Shown in pieces: positions 51,091-63,245 of a stretch of DNA of 64,000 nt. Within the stretch, counting starts at the first letter, position 1. Each line of letters opens with the position of its first letter. The DNA is taken from contig NC_043010.1 of the NCBI RefSeq assembly GCF_006345805.1, forward strand, positions 65,658,001 to 65,722,000. The letters run 5' to 3'. This DNA comes from Octopus sinensis (taxonomy: Eukaryota). Both the position numbers and the translations under genes were made by a program. The notes beneath the pieces are model-generated. The model had not been told where the DNA came from and made no database searches. It saw only the letters and a program-made list of their open reading frames with translations.

Positions 51091-51268
51091 TTTTCAGAAT
51101 AGTGCTATGTAAATTGATGAAATGTATTTTTTAATGCAAACGCCAAACATCTTCCAGAAGTTTGAACTTAAAACCTCAAAGATTGTATTTAAATCTTCAA
51201 AAGTCTCACTTGGGTCCCCTGAAGGTCACATGTAATTCTTGAAATTGTAGGTTTCTCTGTGCCTTGTA

Positions 51269-52644
51269 TCTATATATATAAAAGAGAGATTCTGTCTGTT
51301 TGTTTGTCCCACAAAGTGAAACTAAAACCAGACACGATCTCTCTATGGTTTTATTTCTATGTCTCCTCTGTTCTCTCTCCCCCTCTATGTTCTGTCTGTC
51401 TGTCTGCCTTTCTGTCTCTCTGCCATACTACTTCAAAGAGATTCTGTCTCTGTGTTTGTCCCTCAAAGTGAAACTAAAACCAGACATCATCTCTATCATT
51501 TTCTTTCTTCCCTATCTATTTTCCCTCTCTTTCTTTCTCTCTTTGTCTCTCCTTTTTTTTTTTTTTTGCTTATACACCCTAAAATAAAACAAAAAACATT
51601 GTTTATAAAAAATATTCACTCTTAATGCAACATGAATATTTCAATAATTTAATTTCCCATTACTATCTTCACATTCAAGAATGACTAAATTACCTATTTC
51701 AATGAACTGTATTATATAATTGTCATTACTATATTGATAAATAACACATACATCTCACTTATTATTATCATGTAATAAACAAACACAACTTCATGTATAA
51801 AAAATGATTTTTTTTTCTACTTCAATTATTAAATATTTTTCTCTAATAAAAATATTACATCATTGCCATTACTGTATAGATAAATAAAATAACCCTAACC
51901 CTAAAATAATATAACTCTCTTATCATTGTCATATCATAAACAAACACAAGTTCATGTATGATATTGATCTTTATTCTACTTCAGTTATTACATGGTTTTC
52001 TCTTCTAAAAATATACACATACAGGAGGAGTAAATCTATATATATAAAACTCTAGTTGTGTGAGTGTCTGTCCCCCTCGATTTAGATTCCTAACTCCTCC
52101 CACATTTTGCGGTGCAGTTTAACCAAATTCGAGTATCTTATAGTCGTGATTCATATCGGGCCCGTCTGAGTATTAGCGCGTGTCAACGATGAGTCTACAA
52201 TTTTAAAAATAATTTAACATCATTTTTTATTCCATTTTAATGCATAATTTTTCGTGTGTCGATAGCGGCGGAGTTGGCGTCCACGCTCACAGCTGCACCT
52301 GTGTTGCTTCTCCCCCTTCCCTCCCTCGTGAAGCTGTGGGGAAGGGAGTGTAAAGAAATCAACGTCGTAATGCGTTGTCAAGGAGACCAGCGTTCTTTTA
52401 GAACAACGACTTCATGGCTTGAAGACACTGAGTCAACGATTTAAAAAAAAAATTATCATTTTTTATTCCATTTTTAATGCATTTTTTTGCTATAACTCTC
52501 TAAAAATGCTTATATAATTATTTCCCTTACAAACCCGAGCAATGCCGGGCGATACTGCTAGTTATACATATAATAACACTTTCAATGTGGCTCCCGATAA
52601 ACAGTAAAAATAACTACCCGATCAACGATGGGTTTTACTGCTAG
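51269..52644 (+). mobile_element. Outer non-autonomous Helitron
   Basis: A|TCTATATATATAAAA start; 3' hairpin cccgatcaacgatggg then CTAG|T. Confidence 0.6.
52035..52561 (+). mobile_element. Inner non-autonomous Helitron
   Basis: A|TC start, hairpin cccgagcaatgccggg, CTAG|T end; homologous to 29136-29548. Confidence 0.85.
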
Positions 52645-52825
52645 TAGTCAATAAAACTCATCCAGTACTTGACTGGATGAAAGTCAGAGCTGACTCTAGT
52701 GGGATTTGGATTAAAAATGTAAACGTTTGTAAGTAAATACGAAAAGGTATTTTGTTTAATGTTTTTAATTGTTTGGCAAACTTCCTTTAGGATATATAAA
52801 TATTGATTTGTAACATAAGAACAAA

Positions 52826-53060
52826 GGCGGCGAGCTGGCAGAAACGTTAGCGCGCCGGGTGAAATGCGTAGCCATATTTCGTCTGCCGTTACGTTCTGAG
52901 TTCAAATTCCGCCAAGGTCGACTTTGCCTTTCATCCTTTCAGGGTCGATAAATTAAGTACCAGTTACGCAGTGGGGTCATTGTAATCGACTTAATCCCAT
53001 TGTCTGTCCTTGTTTGTCCCCTCTATGTTTAGCCCCTTGTGGGCAATAAAGAAATAGGTA
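52826..53060 (+). mobile_element. SINE-B
   Basis: Head and central motif. Confidence 0.88.
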
Positions 53061-53514
53061 TTTATTTTAGTGACCCCAAAAGGATGAAAGTCAATGTCAA
53101 CCTTAATGCCATTTGAATGCAGGACATAAACAAAACAGAAAAATGCCACTAAGCATTTTGTCCAATATAGTAACGATTCTGCCATCTTGCTTCCTTGTCT
53201 GGAATAAAACATTTCACTCAGTACCTTTCCACATTTGGAGAACATATTATAAATGTCATATTCACCAGTATTTTAAATATCACAAGATTTTGTCTGGTGA
53301 TCTACCGATTCATTCAACCTAGCCATCTTATAGTTTAGCAAACATTATAAAGTGTCATCTATGTATCATACTTAATGTATAAATACTACGGCCATATCAC
53401 ATTGAGATCACCGGTTCTTGTCTGGTCACCAAAGTTAAGCAACATCGTGCCTAGTTAGTACTTAGATAGGTGACCACTCGGGAAACCTAAGTCCTGTAAA
53501 CGTCTTTCTATCCT

Positions 53515-53685
53515 TATAGGCACAGGAGTGGATGTATGGTGGGTAGTTTGCTTACCAACCAAATAGTCCTAGGTTAGTCCCACTGCATGGCACCTTGGGC
53601 AAGTGTCTTCTACTATAGCCTCGGGCCAACCAAAACCTTGTAAGTGGATTTGGTTGACAGAAACTGAAAGAAACCCATCATGTAT
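53515..53685 (+). mobile_element. SINE-A head
   Basis: Motif match. Confidence 0.78.
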
Positions 53686-53689
53686 CATC

Positions 53690-54275
53690 ATCATCATCAT
53701 CATCATTTAGCGTCCGTTTTCCATGCTAGCATGGGTTGGACGGTTCTACTGGGGTCTGTGAAGCCAGAAGGCTTCATCAGGCCCAGTCAAATCTGGCAGT
53801 GTTTCTACGGCTGGATGCCCTTCCTAACGCCAACCACTCCGTGAGTGTAGTGGGTGCTTTTTACGTGCCACCCGCACTGGTGCCAGACAGAGCTGGCAAA
53901 CGGCCACGAACGGATGGTGCTTTTTATGTGCCACCGGCACGAGGGCCAGGCGAGGCTGGCAACGGACACGAAACGGGGCGGTGCTGGCAACGGTCGCGAA
54001 ACGGAAAGTTCTCTTACATGCCACCGGCACTGGTAACACATCTGCAATTTCCATTGATCGATTTCGATTCTGATCCTCACTTGCCTCAATGGGTCTTCAC
54101 AAGCAGAGTTTCGACATGCCACCGGCACTGGTAGCACATCCGCAATTTCCATTGATCGATTTCGATTCTGATCCTCACTTGGCTCAACACGTCTTCACAA
54201 GTAGAGTTTTGTGTCCCAAGAAGGGAAGGTATGCATACGTAGGCTGGCTCCATCCTATGTAGAAGGCCACGGGTA
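53690..54275 (-). mobile_element. RTE 3' UTR, near-identical to 6140-6745
   Basis: ORFs 6191-6490 and 53736-54134 share their first 81 residues. Confidence 0.9.
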
Positions 54276-54444
54276 TGTATATATATATATATATTTAATG
54301 AAATGGATAAATGAATTATCTTGTTACGGATTATTCATAATTTAACCGATACCTGTGTAGCAAAAATCACACCAGAAACATGTGTAGAAAATAATAAAAA
54401 GGAATTTTGTAGAATCTTCGTTCGGCTCCATTTCATCCCTTCAC

Positions 54445-54485
<41 letters not shown>

Positions 54486-54679
54486 GTGTCTGTGCCTGTC
54501 CCCACAACATTCCTTGACAAATGATGCTGGTGCGTTTATGTCCCTGTAACTTAGCAATTCGGCAAAAGAGACCGCTAGAATAAGTACTAGGCTTACAAAG
54601 AATAAGTCCTGGGGTTGATTTGCTTAAGGCAGTGCTCCAGCATGGCTGTAGTCAAATGACTGAAACAAATAAAAGAATA

Positions 54680-54790
54680 CTGTTGACAGGCCAGTTGACT
54701 GCAGTATTTGTCCCGAAATAACATCTCTTAGCAACTCCAGAAGGGATGTTATCTCAGAACAAATACTACAGTAACAGGGCCTATCAACAG
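54680..54790. repeat. About 110-bp imperfect hairpin (small foldback)
   Basis: ctgttgacaggcc...aacatctctt pairs with aagggatgtt...ggcctatcaacag. Confidence 0.7.
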
Positions 54791-54966
54791 CATAAATGAT
54801 ACATAGATGACTCTTTTAATTAAATACTCTTTCTTTATACAAGATAATAAAATGCAATAAAACTAGATACCCTTCCTTTTACTGACAGCTCTCTGATACT
54901 TCATTTAAAAAGATTTGTAAATGTTTTGTTTGTTTTATTTCTCATCTTTTTTTTCCACCATTCCAG

Positions 54967-55017
54967 GCACCCAAGCTGAATGCTCCACCCCTGCCACCTG
55001 CACGGAACAAATTGAAG
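54967..55017 (+). CDS. Candidate 51-nt exon (phase 0): APKLNAPPLPPARNKLK
   Basis: Acceptor ttttttccaccattccag, donor gtaagt. Confidence 0.75.
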
Positions 55018-55124
55018 GTAAGTAACTACCCAGATACAATTCTTGGGTTTATATAGTGATTACTGACATGGCTGTAGCAAGAGGGCACAAAATACACCTT
55101 GATGCACCCCTTAATGATTGTTGA

Positions 55125-55167
<43 letters not shown>

Positions 55168-55220
55168 TATACATATATAAGTATATGAAAGAATGGAGTT
55201 GAATGACTAGTTAACAAATA

Positions 55221-55317
55221 TCCTTTATTCTCGACATATGTTTCGAAGGCTGCATATTCCTAATTCCGAAGGAATAAGGAGTACATTATGCAGATTTCTC
55301 ATCAGGAAAATCAAGGA
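55221..55317 (-). ncRNA. Complete canonical type-I hammerhead ribozyme motif, family 4
   Basis: UCCUUGAUUUUC-CUGAUGA-GAA..CUGCAUA/UAUGCAG..UUC-GAAA-CAUAUG-UC^GAGAAUAAAGGA; 11/12 pairs in stem I, extended stem II, palindromic ACAUAUGU stem III. Confidence 0.85.
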
Positions 55318-55536
55318 ACTTATGTCGACATCAAAATGCACAAAAAACTTTTAGCTGACCGCTCTCAAGGAGCCCATGGCAATAATGAGTGTCTCTTTAT
55401 AATGAGTGACGTCAGAGTGGCTGAATGTAGAAGAATCTAGAAGTTTCTAAAGGTTCAAGAGTTCTGATGTGAATTTGCTACCCAGGTATCGGTTATCTTT
55501 CGAATTATCCTTAATAAGATAATTCATTCAATTACT

Positions 55537-55589
<53 letters not shown>

Positions 55590-55629
55590 TATATATAATA
55601 TATATATATATAATATATATATATAATAT

Positions 55630-55678
<49 letters not shown>

Positions 55679-55680
55679 TA

Positions 55681-55734
<54 letters not shown>

Positions 55735-55735
<1 letters not shown>

Positions 55736-56035
55736 GAGGCGCAATGGCCCAGTGGTTAGGGCAGCAGACTCGCGGTTGTAGGATCGCGGTTTCGATTCCC
55801 AGACCGGGCGTTGTGAGTGTTTATTGACCGAAAACACCTAAAGCTCCATGAGGCTCTGGCAGGGGGTGGTGGCGATCCCTGCTGTACTCTTTTGCCACAA
55901 CTTTCTCTCACTCTTTCTTCTGTTGGCCTGCTCGCTTAGCCAGCAGGGTGGCGTCATTTGAAGGCTAAAACAATGCGAAGCGCATTGTGACCAGCGATGT
56001 GTTGCAACATCTGATAGCCTGGTCGGTCACGGTGA
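55735..56035 (+). mobile_element. tRNA-derived SINE family D
   Basis: tggcccagtggttaggg A-box, ggtttcgattccc B-box; second copy at 60597-60890. Confidence 0.88.
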
Positions 56036-56384
56036 TATATATATATATATACATGTATATGTATATATGTGTATATATGTAGATATGTATGTCAGTGTGT
56101 GTGTATGTATTGGCACAGATGTGGTGGTGTGGTAAGAGGTTTGTTTCCTAGCTACATGGTTCCAAGTTCAGTCCCTCTATGGAGCAGCTTGGGTATCTGT
56201 CTCCTACAACTACTGGTATATTACCTATGTTTAACCATGGGCATACATATGCAAACATCTTATGCTGATAAATTATAGGTAAAGACAAGGATAAACACGT
56301 AGACATTTAATGATGTTGTTTTTATTTATTTTTTGAGTTCAAATCCCTGTAACCTCCTACCTCATATAAGTTATGCCATTTTTA

Positions 56385-56584
56385 CTTGTTTCTGTCATTT
56401 GACTGCGTCCATAATTGAGCACTGCCTTTAGTCAAGCAAATCGACCCCAGGACTTATTCTTTGTAAGCCTAGTACTTATTCTATCGATGTTTTTTGCCGA
56501 GCCGCTAAGTTACGGGGACTTAAACACACCAACGTCGGTTGTCAAGTGATGGTGATGATGGGACAAACACAAACACACAAACAT

Positions 56585-56625
<41 letters not shown>

Positions 56626-56745
56626 AAAATATGTGACGGGCTTCTTTCAGTTTCCATCTACCAAATCAACTCACAAGTTTTTGGTCGGCCCAAGGCTATA
56701 GTAGAAGACATTTGCCCAAGGTGCCACACAGTGCGACTGAACACA
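56385..56745 (-). mobile_element. SINE-A
   Basis: Motif match. Confidence 0.8.
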
Positions 56746-57744
56746 TGTAATTTAGTTTGTTAATAAAAATGCATTTACATATTTCAGTAACATCATCAAG
56801 AAAAATATACATATTATAAACTCATATTCTATTGAAAGTTCTATTATATTATTTCAGCAAGATACACAGAAAAAGCCATTAGGTCTACCAAAACATTCCA
56901 AAGCAAGTACCTTTAAATAAATTTGTTGCATCGTCCAGGAAGTGCTGTATATAATATGCTCTCCACTTGCATGTTACAGCGACTCACCCCTAACCCTGAA
57001 CCAAACTACCTCCCATCATGTCCTTTGCCTGCCTGCCTGCCTGCCTCTCTCTCCCTCTCTCTGATCCTGCAAACACTCCAACCATGTCATCTCCCTCTTC
57101 TGCATTCCTCTATCTTTCCCAAACTCCTGGCTCCTCAATCATCCACTCATCAATTCTACCCTATTTTTGCAGCTGCTGTCAGCCTCCTGATCCCCTTGTC
57201 TGCTCATACAATCTTGCAGGCCATCCACCCCATCCACCCATTTCTGCTCACCTTGTACCTTGAGGGGTGAGAGCCATCTGGGCACTTCATCACCACTCTC
57301 TATCGTATGCTGCTCCTACTGATCATTTCTCTTTTCTCTTTCTCTTCCTCTCCTACAAATTGTGAGTAACCATGCAGATCCCCTACAAGAACCTGCCCTG
57401 CCCCGTCCTTTGTCCCCTAGCATAAAGCTGACTACATCCCTGCTTCCTCACTCCCAGAGGTCACAATCTTGTGACCTCAATAATGCTGGTGGCACAAAAG
57501 AGAGGACCCCCCTCCACACACACACACACACCAATACAAATTGCAATGCGGTTGGCATTAGGAAGGGCATTCAGCCATAGAAACCATGCCAAGGTAGACA
57601 ATGGAGCTTGATGCAGTCATCAGACCCATTGGAGCCTGTCCAACCCATGCCAGCATGGAACATGGACATTAAATGATGGTGGTTTTGGTGTAAACAAAAT
57701 CCCAATGAGAACTGTTTTCAGCTGTTTTAACATCATCATCGTCA

Positions 57745-57970
57745 TTTGGACGTTAAATGATGATGAGGACGATGATAACGATGATGATGATGACAATGAC
57801 GTTGATGATGATGACGATGATGATGATGATGATGATGATGATGATAACGATGATGATGACGATGACGATGACGATGATGATGATGATGATAACGATGATG
57901 ATGATAATGATGATGATGATGATGACAATGATGATGATGATGACGATGATAACGAGGAGGAGGAGGAGAA
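57745..57970. repeat. (GAT)n microsatellite
   Basis: Directly visible. Confidence 0.95.
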
Positions 57971-58541
57971 GGAATGTCGAAAGCTATAGACTTAAATCAA
58001 TCATTAAAACCTTATGCTGCATCTGTTTACATTCCAAACATGAATGTAGAAGCATGTATTAAATATGTAAATATGCCAGTTAACGGCATATCTTGAAACG
58101 AATACAGCTACAAATAATAGCTTTTAAGGCACAGATATGAAGCGTTTTGGCGCAGCTGTTTCGGTGCTGCCTGTTTGGCATCACTGATTCAATGCTGACT
58201 TATTTGACATCAGACATTTTAATACTTATCTCCCTCTCTGCTTATGCATGTGGGCGTATTTCTTTTTATGTATCTGAAGAGGGGGCAATTATTTATGTCA
58301 TTTGGTTTCAGTTAATAAATTTTCATGTGTGTGTGTGTGTGTGTGTGTGCGTTTGTGTCTGTCTGTCTGTCCTCAGCATCCGAAAATACTGTAGCCACAA
58401 GAAGTTGTGTGTACTGTAAGAGGAATTAAGGTAAGCAGATATGGAGGCAATTGTGCAGATAAACAAATTAAATGTAATGGCTTGGGTCTGATATTCTGTC
58501 TGTCTGTCTGTATGTATGCATGCATGTATATGTATATGTAT

Positions 58542-60067
58542 AGGAAGGCTAACTAGGAAGATGGTTTTTGTATGTGGCAGATGCTCGGGAGCATTAACCT
58601 CTGAAAATCTGCAGAAAACAACTTCCGTCACTTTCCAGGGGGAAAAACTAGAAGTAGTTGATAGCTTCCGTTATCTTGGTGACCAAGTCAGTAGTGGGGG
58701 TGGGTGTGCTGAAAGTGTAATGGCTAGAGTAAGAATAGCCTGGGCAAAGTTTAGGGAGCTCTTACCTCTGTTGGTGACTAAAGGCCTCTCGCTCAGAGTA
58801 AAAGGCAGACTGTATGATGCATGTGTACGAACAGCCATGCTACATGGCAGTGAAACATGGGCCGTGACTGCTGAGGACATGCGTAAGCTCGCGAGAAATG
58901 AAGCTAGTATGCTCCGTTGGATGTGTAATGTCAGTGTTCATAGTCGACAGAGTGTAAGTACCTTGAGAGGAAAGTTGGACCTAAGAGGCATCAGATGTTG
59001 TGTGCAAGAGAGACGATTGCGCTGGTATGGTCATGTGGTGAGAATGGATGAAGATAGGTGTGTGAAAAAGTGCCACACCCTGGCAGTTGAGGGGACCTGT
59101 GGAAGAGGTAGACCCAGGAAAACCTGGGTCGAGGTGGTGAAGCACCCCCTTCGAACTCTAGGTCTCACCAAGGAAATGACAAGAGACCGAGACCTATGGA
59201 AGTATGCTGTGCGTCAGAAGACCCGGCAAGACCAGTGAGAACAATCAAAATCAAATCATATATCAGAAAGCAGGGGTTAAGTGACCCATCTGTTCGTGTC
59301 CACTGTCAGCCTTGTCTGGCATCCGTGTCGGTGATACGTAAAAGCACCATTCGCTCGTGGCCGTTTGCCAGCTCTGTCTGGCCCCCGTGTCGGTGGCACG
59401 TAAAAGCACCATCCGTTCGTGTTCGTTGCCAGCCTCGCCTGGCCCCGTGCCGGTGACACGTAAAAGCACCGTCCGTTCGTGGCCGTTTGCCAGCTCCGTC
59501 TGGCCCCGTGTCGGTGGCACATAAAAGCACCGTCCGTTCGTGTCCGTTGCCAGCCTCGGCTGGCCCCCGTGCAGGTGACACGTAAAAGCACCGTCCGTTC
59601 GTGGCCATTTGCCGGCTCTGTCTGGCCCCGTGTCAGTGGCACGTAAAAGCACCATACGTTCGTGTTCGTAGCCAGCCTCGGCTGGCCCCCATGCAGGTGA
59701 CACATAAAAGCACCGTCCGTTCGTGGCCGTTTGCCAGCTCTGTCTGGCCCCGTGTCGGTGGCACGTAAAAGCACCATCCGTTCGTGTCCGTTGCCAGCAT
59801 TGCCTGGCCCCATGCCGGTGACACGTAAAAACACCATCCGTTCGTGGCCGTTCGCCAGCTCTGTCTGGCACCTGTGCAGGTGGCACGTAAAAAAAAACCC
59901 ACTACACTCGCGGAGTGGTTGGCGTTAGGAATGGCATCCAGCCGTAGAAACACTGCCAAATCTGACTGGGCCTGATGAAGCCTTCCGGCTTCACAGACCC
60001 CAGTTAAACCGTCCAACCCATGCTAGCATGGAAAGCGGACGCTAAATGATGATGATGATGATGATGA
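58542..60067 (+). mobile_element. 5'-truncated RTE-clade LINE: open RT C-terminal frame (58543-59238), tandem-repeat 3' UTR, (GAT)n tail
   Basis: GRLTRKMVFVCGRC...VDSFRYLGDQV...AWAKFRELLPLL...LYDACVRTAMLHGSETW...RRLRWYGHVVRM...GRGRPRKTW, uninterrupted by stops. Confidence 0.95.
59290..59890 (+). repeat. About ten 60-62-bp units alternating between two variants, in the RTE 3' UTR
   Basis: taaaagcacc recurs at 59339, 59401, 59461, 59522, 59583, 59644, 59705, 59766 and, degenerate, at 59826 and 59888. Confidence 0.92.
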
Positions 60068-60111
60068 TATATGTTTATATATGTATGTATATATATATAT
60101 ATACAAAATTT

Positions 60112-60301
60112 GACTTCGTGTGTACCGTTGGCGACTTTTTTCCTCTGTCTTCCCTTCTCTGGATCTTTCCTTCTCCTATGTTTCCGACAAAGAGCTCCGC
60201 TTGAAACGTTAAACCCTCCTTCTTTCCTGAGCGTCCAGTAATACTATATTTGTTCCACGTCCTCGTGTTGTTGTGTTTTTTTTATGCTTTCTTGTTTGGA
60301 T

Positions 60302-60306
<5 letters not shown>
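60112..60306 (+). mobile_element. pLTR-like family-1 copy with an inactivated hammerhead (CCGACAA core)
   Basis: Aligns with the 32390-32600 unit; ends in ggattaact plus (TA)n. Confidence 0.75.
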
Positions 60307-60342
<36 letters not shown>

Positions 60343-60524
60343 ATGTATGTATGTATGTATATATGTATGTATGTATAGATATATATATATATGTATATGT
60401 ATGTATGTATGTATATATGTATGTATGTATAGATATATATATATATGTATATATATATATGTATGTATATATGTATGTATGTATAGATATATATATATAT
60501 GTATATATATATATATGTATGTAT

Positions 60525-60567
<43 letters not shown>

Positions 60568-60596
60568 TGTATATATATATATATGTGTGTGTGTGT

Positions 60597-60890
60597 GGAG
60601 GCGCAATGGCCCAGTGGTTAGGGCAGCAGACTCGCGGTCGTAGGATCGCGGTTTCGATTCCCAGACCGGGCGTTGTGTGTGTTTATTGAGCGAAAACACC
60701 TAAAAGCTCCACGACGCTCCGGCAGGGGGTGGTGATCTGCTGTACTCTTTCACCACTCTTTCTCTCACTCTTTCATCTGTTGGCCTGCTCGCTTAGCCAG
60801 CGGGGTGGCATCATTCGAAGGCTAAAACAATGCGAACGCATTGTGACCAGTGATGTGTAGCAATATCTGATGGTCTGGTTGGTCACCTGA
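60597..60890 (+). mobile_element. SINE-D
   Basis: Close match to 55735-56035. Confidence 0.88.
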
Positions 60891-61185
60891 TCGCGGGATA
60901 TATATATATGTATATATATATATATTTTGTATGTATGTATATATGTATATATATATATATATGTATATATATATGTATGTATATATGTATGTATATGTGT
61001 GTATATATATATACACATACATACATATATATACATATATGTATGTATATATATATTTATATATATATATATATGTATATATATGGGAGGGTGCAGGTGT
61101 GACTGTATGCTTATATTCCCTTGTTCCTTGTTGTGCTCTACTAATGTTGAATATTTAATAACCACGATTGCTCATTGACTTCCAG

Positions 61186-61236
61186 CAGGACTTCAGAAGT
61201 GGATCACTCCCAAGAATCAATCCAATCATCCCACAG
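61186..61236 (+). CDS. Candidate 51-nt exon (phase 0): QDFRSGSLPRINPIIPQ, NAGNAG alternative start at 61189
   Basis: Acceptor ctcattgacttccagcag, donor gtaggt. Confidence 0.65.
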
Positions 61237-61340
61237 GTAGGTTGATATTTTACATTAAATCAATGTTCAGACATTCTTTCATCCCATTGTCATTCTGTTA
61301 CTTGTTGCAGTCTTTGGACGATAACCATTCCTGAGCGCTG

Positions 61341-62388
61341 TCTTCAAGAATTTTTTAGTCAATCAGGAAGCATTAGAGCTGCCTTGCAATATTTGTTGCA
61401 AGCTTTTACATTCTGAGTTCAAATCCTGCTGAGATCTATGTTGTCTTTCACCCTTCTTGAACCAATAAAACAAAGTACCGGTCCAAGATGATAGATTGGT
61501 GGAATCACAAGAGCATTGGACAAACTATTCTGTTGTACTAGTTCCATCTCTTTTACATTCTGTGTTCTTCAAGAATTTTTTAGTCAATCAGGAAGCATTA
61601 GAACTGCCTTGCAATATTTGTTGCAAGCTTTTACATTCTGAGTTCAAATCCTGCTGAGATCTATGTTGTCTTTCACCCTTCTTGAACCAATAAAACAAAG
61701 TACCGGTCCAAGATGATAGATTGGTGGAATCACAAGAGCATTGGACAAACTATTCTGTTGTACTAGTTCCATCTCTTTTACATTCTGTGTTCTTCAAGAA
61801 TTTTTTAGTCAATCAGGAAGCATTAGAACTGCCTTGCAATATTTGTTGCAAGCTTTTACATTCTGAGTTCAAATCCTGCTGAGATCTATGTTGTCTTTCA
61901 CCCTTCTTGAACCAATAAAACAAAGTACCGGTCCAAGATAATAGATTGATGGAATCACAAGAGCATTGGACAAACTATTCTGTTGTACTAGTTCCATCTC
62001 TTTTACATTCTGTGTTCTTCAAGAATTTTTTAGTCAATCAGGAAGTATTAGAGCTGCCTTGCAATATTTGTTGCAAGCTTTTACATTCTGAGTTCAAATC
62101 CTGCTGAGATCTATGTTGTCTTTCAACCTTCTTGAACCAATAAAACAAAGTACCGGTCCAAGATGATAGATTGGTGGAATCACAAGAGCATTGGACAAAC
62201 TATTCTGTTGTACTAGTTCCATCTCTTTTACATTCTGAGTTCAAATCCTGCTGAGATCTATGTTGTCTTTCACCCTTCTTGAACCAATAAAACAAAGTAC
62301 CGGTCCAAGATGATAGATTGGTGGAATCACAAGAGCATTGGACAAACTATTCTGTTGTACTAGTTCCATCTCTTTTACATTCTGTGTT
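61341..62388. repeat. 225-bp tandem array: four near-identical units plus one shortened unit
   Basis: tcttcaagaa at 61341, 61566, 61791 and 62016; the unit contains a decayed SINE-B core. Confidence 0.93.
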
Positions 62389-62519
62389 CACTTCTGATAG
62401 CATCAGTGGCACCAAGTTATATTGGTTTCCCTTAAACAATATGGCTGGGATGGAAAGAGCTGCATGGGGAACTTCCACATTTGGGATTAAACAGTAAACA
62501 AAATCTTTAAGCATATTCT

Positions 62520-62830
62520 TTATCTTTTACATATTTCAGTCATTAGACTGTGGCCATACTGGGGCACTACCTTGAAGAATTTTAGTTGAATGAGTTGACC
62601 CCCCAGGACTTTTCTTTTTAAAGCCTGGTACTTATTTTATTGATCCCTTTTGTCAAACCGCTAAGTTACAGGAACATAAACATACCAACACAAGGACACA
62701 CACATATATATGATGGGCTTCTTTCAATTTCCGTCTGGCAAATCCACTTCCATCTTCCAATTCTGTCTACCAAATCTGGAATCATGTGATTGGGAAGCAA
62801 GCTTCTTACTGCATAGCCACGCCTGCACCC
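62520..62830 (-). mobile_element. SINE-A, diverged and deleted
   Basis: Motif match. Confidence 0.7.
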
Positions 62831-62864
62831 ATAATATATATCATATATATATTATATGACAAAA

Positions 62865-63245
62865 ACGTTAGCATGCTGGGGCAAAGTGCTTAGCAGTATT
62901 TCGTCCGCCGTTACGTTCTGAGTTCAAATTCCGCTGAGGTCGACTTTGCCTTTCATCCTTTCAGGGTTGATTAAATAAGTACCAGTTACACACTGGGGTC
63001 GATGTTATCGACTTAATCCCTTTGTCTGTCCTTGTTTGTCCCCTCTGTGTTTAGCCTCTTGTAGGCAATAAAGAAATCATCATCATCGTTTAACGTCCGT
63101 TCTCCATGCTAGCATGGGTTGGACGGTTCGACCGGGGATCTGAGAAGCCAGAAGGCTGCACCAGGCTCCAGTCTTATCTGGCAATGTTTCTACAGCTGGA
63201 TGCCCTTCCTAACGCCAACCACTCCGTGAGTGTAGTGGGTGCTTT
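62865..63245. mobile_element. SINE-B (+, 62865-63077) abutting an RTE 3' end (-, 63078-63245)
   Basis: Motif matches. Confidence 0.82.

Noticed and set aside
56923-57270. Overlapping ORFs in a pyrimidine-rich block
   Set aside because: Low complexity with no identifiable product; likely an old repeat
59965-60000. CTGATGA followed by a hairpin in the RTE 3' UTR as a hammerhead
   Set aside because: No GAAA after stem II, and other copies read ctggtgca at this position
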